Origin: an uncultured Chromatiales bacterium
Lineage (GTDB): Bacteria > Bacteroidota > Ignavibacteria > SZUA-365 > CAYQST01
DNA length: 62,665 nt
Direction: 5' to 3'
NCBI GenBank assembly: GCA_964449305.1
Contig: CAYUYM010000002.1
Coordinates: 1 to 62,665, forward strand
Both the position numbers and the translations under genes were made by a program. The notes beneath the pieces are model-generated. The model had not been told where the DNA came from, did no database searches, and was given only the letters and a program-made list of their open reading frames with translations. Below are positions 56,993 through 62,665 of this stretch, in pieces. Position 1 is the first letter of the stretch. Each line of letters begins with the position of its first letter.

Positions 56993-59900
56993 ATGATCAC
57001 TCTCACCATCAATGGCCGACAGGTCACCGCTTCCGAGGATCGCACCATTCGCGAGATCTGCCACGAGCAGAACATCGACTCCATCCCGACCCTCTGTCAC
57101 GACGAGAAACTCCCGCCCTTCGGCTCCTGCTTCCTGTGCGTGGTGGAGGTGGAGGGGCAGAGCCGCCTGTTCCCCGCCTGCTCCACCAAGCCGGTGCAGG
57201 GCATGGTCATCCATACACGCTCCGACAAGGTGGTGCGTGCGCGCAAGACCTGCCTCGAGCTGCTCCTGTCGGATCACTATGCGGACTGTTTCGGCCCCTG
57301 CCGCCTCAACTGCCCGGCGGACATCGACATCCAGGGCTACATGTCGCTCATCAGTCTCGGCAAGTTTCGCGAGGCGGTGGCGTTGATCAAGGAGAAGAAT
57401 CCGCTTCCGAGCGTCTGCGGCCGCGTCTGCACGCGCAAATGTGAGCTCAACTGCCGCCGCAACCTGCTCGACGAACCGGTGGGCATCGACTTTCTCAAGC
57501 GCTATGTGGCCGATTGGGACATGATCGACGAGATGTGGCAGCCCGAGGTGAAGCCGCTCAACGGGAAGCGCGTGGCGGTGATCGGTTCGGGCCCCGCGGG
57601 CATGACCTGTGCCTACTACCTGCGCCTCGAAGGCTACCACCCCACCGTGCACGAAGCCCTGCCGGATCTTGGCGGCATGCTCCGCTATGGCATCCCGGAA
57701 TACCGCCTCCCCAAGGAGGTGCTGGCGAAGGAGATCAACTGGATCCTCGACCTTGGCGTCGACGTCCACACGAACACCAAGCTCGGCCGCGATTTCACCA
57801 TGGACCACCTCTTTGAGCAGGGTTACTCAGCAGTGTTTGTTGCACTCGGCGCACAGATCGGCAAGCCCATGCAGGTGGAGAACGAGGATGTTCGTGGCGT
57901 GCTGAGCGGTGTGGAATTCCTGAAGCAGGTGGAGATGAAGACAAACCCCGACATGAAGGGGCGCGTGGTGGTGGTGGGTGGTGGCAACACCGCCATTGAT
58001 GCCGCTCGCACGTCGCTGCGCCTTGGGGCGGATGAAGTGATCCTGCTCTACCGCCGGACGCGGAACGAAATGCCGGCCAACATGATCGAGATAGAAGCCG
58101 CCGAACACGAGGGTGTCAGGATGGAATTCCTGGCGGCACCCGTGCGCGTCAATGTGGAGGACGAGCGCATGGCATCAATCGATTGCATCCGCATGGAGCT
58201 CGGTGAACCCGATGCCAGCGGCCGCCGCCGCCCGGTGGTGGTCCAGGGTTCGGAGTACACGCTGACATGCGACTGGGTGATCTCCGCGATCGGGCAGGAA
58301 CCGGATCTCGACGGCGTGGCCGGCGCGGGCGACATCAAGGTCACGAAGTGGAGCACCATCGTCGCGCGCCCCGGCACCTTTGCCACCGACCGCCCAGGCG
58401 TGTTCTCGGGTGGCGATGTGGTTTCCGGTCCCGCCGACGCCATTGATGCGATCGCTGCCGGCAGGCTCGCAGCCGAAGCCATCCACAAGTTCATCGAGAC
58501 GGGCGTGGTGGATCCCATCCGCAAGCGCTTCGAGTCCACACGCGATGCCTTCCACACACTGGTGGAGGCCGACATCCCCGGTGTTCCGAAAGTGGAACGC
58601 AACGTGGCCTCCGAGCGCCCGGCTCATGAGCGCATCCACGATTTCAAGGAGGTCGAGTTCGCGTACACGGTGGAGGAGGCGATGGAGGAGACGCTGCGCT
58701 GCGCCGAATGCGGCTGCGATGTGGGTCTCGCCTGCGCACTTCAGGATTACTGCACGGAATACGGGGTGGATCAGCACCGCTTCATCGGGGAGTTCAACCG
58801 CTACTCGGTGGACACGCGTCATCCCTTCATCAAGATCGATTCCAACAAGTGCATCCGCTGCGGTCGGTGCGTGAACACCTGCGCCGATGTGCTCAACGTG
58901 GCCGCCCTCGGTTTCGTGAACCGCGGCTTCCGCACCATCGTGAAGCCCGCGCTCGAGAAGGCCCTGCATGAAACGAACTGCGTCTCCTGCGGCAACTGCA
59001 TCGACGTGTGCCCCACTGGAGCGCTGGTGGAGAAGATGCCCTACCGCCGATCGGGTCCCTGGGTGATGGAGCCGGTGTTCAACGTGTGCAACCACTGCTC
59101 GGTGGGCTGCAATGTGACGGTGAACGTGAAGACCTCCGACATTTTCTTCATCTCCGGAGCCTCGCCCGAACTTCCGCCGAACCATGGCGAGCTCTGTGTG
59201 CGCGGGCGTTTCGGGTACCAGCAGTATCTCGACGGAACGCGGCAGAAACACCCGATGGTCCGCCGGGGCGGGCAGCTTGTGGAGGTGGGCTGGGATGAAG
59301 CGTTCAACGTCGTACAGGCGGGTTTCGAGCGCATCCTCGAGGACCACGGCCCGCAGGCCCTCGCCGTGGCGGCATCACCCAAGCTGACGAACGAGGAGCT
59401 GTATGCGGCCGGCCGGTTGGCTCGCGCCGCAATGGGGACGAACACGATCTTCTCCTTCCACCAGCTCCAGAACGGCGCTGACTACCACGCGCTTGATGCC
59501 ATGCTTGGGACCACCGCATCCACCGTCGGGATGGAGGAGTTCCTCGACGCGGATCTCTACCTGGTGCTCGGAGGCAACCCCACGCAGGAGAACCCCGTGC
59601 TCGGCTGGCAGATGAAGCGCCGGATGAAACAGGGCACGGCATCCATCGTGATCAATTCCGCCGCCATCGATCTCACGAGCCACGCGTCCGTGTGGGCCGA
59701 TCCGCGGCGCGGCAGTGCCACGGCGCTGCTCAACGGCGTCATCGCCGAGATCGTCCGCCGGGAGGCCTACGACGCCGCGTTCATCGCAGCACACACCACC
59801 GGCTTCGATGCGGTGCGCGACAGGCTGGCAGCTCCCGACCTCGCCGAGGTGGCCGCGGTGACGGGGGTGACGCAGGAGAAGATCCTCGCCATGGTGGATC

Positions 59901-60703
59901 TTTTGTGCGACCCATCGCGGAGGATCGTCGCCTGGTACAACATGGAAAGCCGCATCGAGCGTGCCTCAAACGATGCGGATGCACTGGCCACGCTCATGCT
60001 GCTGCTTGGCAGGATCGGCAGGCCCGGATCGGGCATCGCGCTTCTCTCGGGACAGTGCAACACCGAGGGCATGCGCCGTGCCGGCTTCGATGCGCACCTG
60101 CTGCCCGGCGGCATGCCGCCCGACACGGGAGATGCCACGGTGGTCAACGCCCTTTGGGGCATGGACTGCGCGGCGCTCATCCGAGAGGCGGGCACGAACA
60201 TCGGCCGGACCATGCGTGAGGACAGAATCCGCGGCATGGTGATTCTCGGCGAGAATCCCGCCGTATCGCCGGACTACAACGCCTTCATCAACGCGCTGGA
60301 ATTCCGTGTCGTCTGCGATCTGTGGCTGACCGAGACAGCGCAGGCGGCTGATGTGTTCCTGCCGTTCTCGACGCATCTCGAGACGGAGGGAGCCTTCACG
60401 AACTGGTGCGGCAAGATACAGCGGGCGACGCCGATCGGCGATCCTGCCAACGGTATGGAGGGCTTCGCCATCATTGCCCACATGGCCGCTCTGCTCGGAC
60501 GGCCCTTTGATGCATCGATCGCGACCGCAACCGATGAGCTCGAACGTCTCACCGTGTCCGTCACACCCGGATTTGCCACCCCCGATGGGCGTGCCCACTT
60601 CCAGCATCATGCGGAACATGTGAGTCACATCCCCGCGGTGGTGCCCCAAGTGCTGGAGCTCGATGCCCGTGTGGCGGACAGGATGAAGCTCATCAGGGCA
60701 TGA
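56993..60703 (+). CDS. Large multidomain oxidoreductase: [2Fe-2S] + GltD/NfnB-like FAD-NADPH module + FeS relay + degenerate molybdopterin-oxidoreductase fold (BfuA-like)
   Basis: IPTLC..GSCFLC..PAC; PCRLNCPA..CGRVC..CE..C; GSGPAG; GGGNTAID..YRRTR; CAEC..C.LQ..C; CIRCGRC..C and CVSCGNC..VCP; CNHCSVGC..LC.RG; then NuoG/Fdh-like domains (ADVFLP...E.EG.FTN). ATG 56993 with GAGG RBS. Confidence 0.88.
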   Translation: MITLTINGRQVTASEDRTIREICHEQNIDSIPTLCHDEKLPPFGSCFLCVVEVEGQSRLFPACSTKPVQGMVIHTRSDKVVRARKTCLELLLSDHYADCFGPCRLNCPADIDIQGYMSLISLGKFREAVALIKEKNPLPSVCGRVCTRKCELNCRRNLLDEPVGIDFLKRYVADWDMIDEMWQPEVKPLNGKRVAVIGSGPAGMTCAYYLRLEGYHPTVHEALPDLGGMLRYGIPEYRLPKEVLAKEINWILDLGVDVHTNTKLGRDFTMDHLFEQGYSAVFVALGAQIGKPMQVENEDVRGVLSGVEFLKQVEMKTNPDMKGRVVVVGGGNTAIDAARTSLRLGADEVILLYRRTRNEMPANMIEIEAAEHEGVRMEFLAAPVRVNVEDERMASIDCIRMELGEPDASGRRRPVVVQGSEYTLTCDWVISAIGQEPDLDGVAGAGDIKVTKWSTIVARPGTFATDRPGVFSGGDVVSGPADAIDAIAAGRLAAEAIHKFIETGVVDPIRKRFESTRDAFHTLVEADIPGVPKVERNVASERPAHERIHDFKEVEFAYTVEEAMEETLRCAECGCDVGLACALQDYCTEYGVDQHRFIGEFNRYSVDTRHPFIKIDSNKCIRCGRCVNTCADVLNVAALGFVNRGFRTIVKPALEKALHETNCVSCGNCIDVCPTGALVEKMPYRRSGPWVMEPVFNVCNHCSVGCNVTVNVKTSDIFFISGASPELPPNHGELCVRGRFGYQQYLDGTRQKHPMVRRGGQLVEVGWDEAFNVVQAGFERILEDHGPQALAVAASPKLTNEELYAAGRLARAAMGTNTIFSFHQLQNGADYHALDAMLGTTASTVGMEEFLDADLYLVLGGNPTQENPVLGWQMKRRMKQGTASIVINSAAIDLTSHASVWADPRRGSATALLNGVIAEIVRREAYDAAFIAAHTTGFDAVRDRLAAPDLAEVAAVTGVTQEKILAMVDLLCDPSRRIVAWYNMESRIERASNDADALATLMLLLGRIGRPGSGIALLSGQCNTEGMRRAGFDAHLLPGGMPPDTGDATVVNALWGMDCAALIREAGTNIGRTMREDRIRGMVILGENPAVSPDYNAFINALEFRVVCDLWLTETAQAADVFLPFSTHLETEGAFTNWCGKIQRATPIGDPANGMEGFAIIAHMAALLGRPFDASIATATDELERLTVSVTPGFATPDGRAHFQHHAEHVSHIPAVVPQVLELDARVADRMKLIRA

Positions 60704-60815
60704 CGCGACCGGTCGGACCACAGCGGGAAGCATCACAGGCCGGCATCGGTCTGCCCGTTCCATTTCCATGAACCAGGGGGGGAAGAAATGGCAGGAAGAA
60801 GGGCATTTCTTTTCC

Positions 60816-60823
60816 TACATTTG
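60816..60823 (+). promoter_or_regulatory. Bacteroidota-type -7 promoter box
   Basis: TACATTTG(C) about 30 nt upstream of the thioredoxin ATG 60854, in an AT-rich gap. Confidence 0.55.
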
Positions 60824-60853
60824 CGCAATTGTTTCCGAACACAGGAAATCCCC

Positions 60854-61375
60854 ATGTGCCGCTTCCTTGTCCCGATCCTTCTCATCACCCTGTCACTGAC
60901 CACCCTCGCCCAGAAGGCGGAGAAGCCTGCCGTCGCTCCCGCGGAGAAGTCCCACGTCCGCATCTACGATGACACGGTCGACGCCATGGCAGCGCTTGAT
61001 GCTGCGGTCGCACGGGCCGGGGTGTCGAGACGGCATGTGCTGGTGCAGGTGGGTGGGAACTGGTGTCCCTGGTGCATCAAGTTCCACACGCTGTGCAGCA
61101 CGAATGCGCGCATCGACTCGCTGTTGCGGGCGGATTACGAGGTGGTGCTGGTGAACTACAGCAGGGAGAATCAGAATCGTGAGGCGATGAAGCGCCTGGG
61201 GTACCCGCAACGGTTCGGATTCCCGGTGTTCGTGGTGCTCGATGGGCGGGGGTCGCGGCTGCACACACAGGATTCGGGCTTTCTTGAGGGCGGATCCGCA
61301 CATGATCCGGAGAAGGTGCTGACCTTCCTGCGCAGCTGGACACCGGGCGCACTCGATCCCGACAGGTACCGATAA
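60854..61375 (+). CDS. Exported thioredoxin family protein
   Basis: Signal peptide, VLVQVGGNWCPWCIKF, QRFGFPVFVVLD..G..LH.QDSG.LE. Confidence 0.9.
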   Translation: MCRFLVPILLITLSLTTLAQKAEKPAVAPAEKSHVRIYDDTVDAMAALDAAVARAGVSRRHVLVQVGGNWCPWCIKFHTLCSTNARIDSLLRADYEVVLVNYSRENQNREAMKRLGYPQRFGFPVFVVLDGRGSRLHTQDSGFLEGGSAHDPEKVLTFLRSWTPGALDPDRYR

Positions 61376-61396
61376 CAGGAGCCGGGACCGAACATC

Positions 61397-62353
61397 ATGA
61401 CCGACCGCACCAGAGGCGCGGACATCGACGACCGCACAGGCTCTGAGATGTTCCTTCGCAACATCATGAACAGCCAGCGCATCGTGGGTGGGGCATTTGA
61501 GGACGCCCTGGCCGACATCCTTGATCAATACGCGGCCTACGCCGGGACGACAGAGGGGGGCAAGGTGTCGGCATCGGTCCTCACGCGGAGGATCGGGCGT
61601 GAGATTCGTCGTGGACTGGCGGGGCTGCATCCCAACGGCTTCGAGTTCGCCATCTGGTTGTGGGATGTGGCGCCCATCCATCATATCGAGATCCAAGCCG
61701 ACTCGGCACTGCGCATGCGTGAGCTGGTGTTCTACTATCTGCGCACGTTGGCGGCGATCATCACGCAGGACTACGTGGCCCAGCAGCCCGACAGGGCGGG
61801 GCAGGTGGTGGAGCTGTTGGATTCGAGCATTCTGTACCTCGACGCCCGCAACCTTCTGGTGTTGTCGGGACTGTTGTCGCAGTATCAGGATCAGGTGATC
61901 CAGCAGTATCATGAGCTGCTGGCGCTGGCGGAGGGGAGGCAGGTGCGGCGCAAGCTTCTGCCGCTTGTCGTCTGTGAAGCCGCAGTGGAGCGTCACCCCG
62001 AACACACGTCACGGTGCCTTGCATTGGCGGAGCGGATCTTTCCGAGCACCGGAGACAGGATACTGGGGTATGCGATGTTCAAGGCATTGACTGCGGCGCT
62101 ATGGCACGGAGAATCGGGTGCCTTCGCGGAGTTTCTTGTATCGCGGGAGTTGGAACCGGACCCCTTCATCCGCAGGATGTTTGCCGATATCATCGCCGGT
62201 GGAGATGCGCGGTTGTTCACACCAGAGTTCGTGACAAAGGCAGTGCCCGTGCTGACCACTTGGGAGCGCGAAGCGGGCCGCCAGCAGCGTCCCGGATTCC
62301 TGCGAGCGTTGAAGGCGCTGGAACGGCGGGGGCCGGACGGGGCCAGACCTTAA
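61397..62353 (+). CDS. Hypothetical all-alpha protein (no family recognised)
   Basis: A 318-codon ORF downstream of the thioredoxin on the same strand. The stop TAA lies at the centre of a 14-bp palindrome. Confidence 0.6.
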   Translation: MTDRTRGADIDDRTGSEMFLRNIMNSQRIVGGAFEDALADILDQYAAYAGTTEGGKVSASVLTRRIGREIRRGLAGLHPNGFEFAIWLWDVAPIHHIEIQADSALRMRELVFYYLRTLAAIITQDYVAQQPDRAGQVVELLDSSILYLDARNLLVLSGLLSQYQDQVIQQYHELLALAEGRQVRRKLLPLVVCEAAVERHPEHTSRCLALAERIFPSTGDRILGYAMFKALTAALWHGESGAFAEFLVSRELEPDPFIRRMFADIIAGGDARLFTPEFVTKAVPVLTTWEREAGRQQRPGFLRALKALERRGPDGARP

Positions 62354-62390
62354 GGTCTTCTTAGACAGATCTTAGAAGACCTTAAGGTCT
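62330..62390. repeat. Palindromic element, copy 1
   Basis: GGGCCGGACGGGGCC followed by AGACCTTAAGGTCTTCT-12 nt-AGAAGACCTTAAGGTCT (17-bp inverted repeat). Each arm contains the self-palindrome AGACCTTAAGGTCT. Confidence 0.9.
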
Positions 62391-62610
62391 CTCTTAGTCT
62401 CCTAAGCTACAATACACATCCGCCCTCTCGCTCAGCGCACCACAAGCTTCGCCACAGCAGCCCCCTGCGGTGCCTGCATCCGTAAGATGTACGTCCCCGC
62501 TCGCAGCCCTCCCAAGCGCCGCGTCATCGCCATACCACCGCTTCGCGCCGTGCGGATTCCTGCGGGCGTTGCAGTCGCTGGAACGTCGCGAGCCGGGGCC
62601 GGACGGGGCA

Positions 62611-62665
62611 GGGCCGGACGGGGCCAGACCTTAAGGTCTTCTTAGACAGATCTTAGAAGACCTTA
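62611..62665. repeat. Palindromic element, copy 2 (truncated by the window end)
   Basis: 55 bp identical to 62330-62384, offset by 281 bp. Confidence 0.9.

Noticed and set aside
56993-60703. Selenocysteine/cysteine formate dehydrogenase or FeFe hydrogenase call
   Set aside because: There is no in-frame TGA, no Cys at the Mo-ligand position, no C-terminal MGD-binding domain and no H-cluster motifs.
62345-62665. CRISPR array or integron attC site
   Set aside because: Only two units are visible, the repeat is at least 55 bp with about 225 bp between copies, there are no cas or intI genes, and no RYYYAAC/GTTRRRY boxes.

Overview
A high-GC (roughly two-thirds by eye, not computed) bacterial chromosomal segment. 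Gene content and synteny (long lptD, miaB / sigma-54 activator / lptE / TPR, M16 peptidase pair, TonB receptor, DUF4905, TAnnTTTG -7 promoter boxes) point to the FCB group (Bacteroidota/Ignavibacteria-like). About 57 protein genes and one tRNA (Ile2, CAU) are present, mostly housekeeping: LPS assembly, parAB, queE-F-C, rdgB, peptidases, a Cus-type Cu/Ag efflux locus, and a three-subunit NuoE/NuoF/large-subunit flavin-FeS oxidoreductase. I found no CRISPR array, rRNA, integrase or transposase. The most unusual observations are: (1) miaB is interrupted by one in-frame TAG although the code here is otherwise standard; (2) a SufS-like protein looks like a single-chain pseudo-dimer; (3) a Bfu/Nfn-like bifurcating complex has a GltD module inserted into a degenerate NuoG/Fdh-type subunit and is preceded by an HTH-less tandem Lrp ligand-binding protein; (4) a duplicated, AT-rich element of nested palindromes with about 11-bp phasing sits at the right end and supplies the stop codon of an orphan gene; (5) CusB is fused to a CupA-like cupredoxin; (6) a tightly coupled thiol/membrane operon includes a TlpA with SxxS in place of CxxC. 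All protein calls come from motif recognition, not database searches. Starts were refined by eye and many are uncertain.
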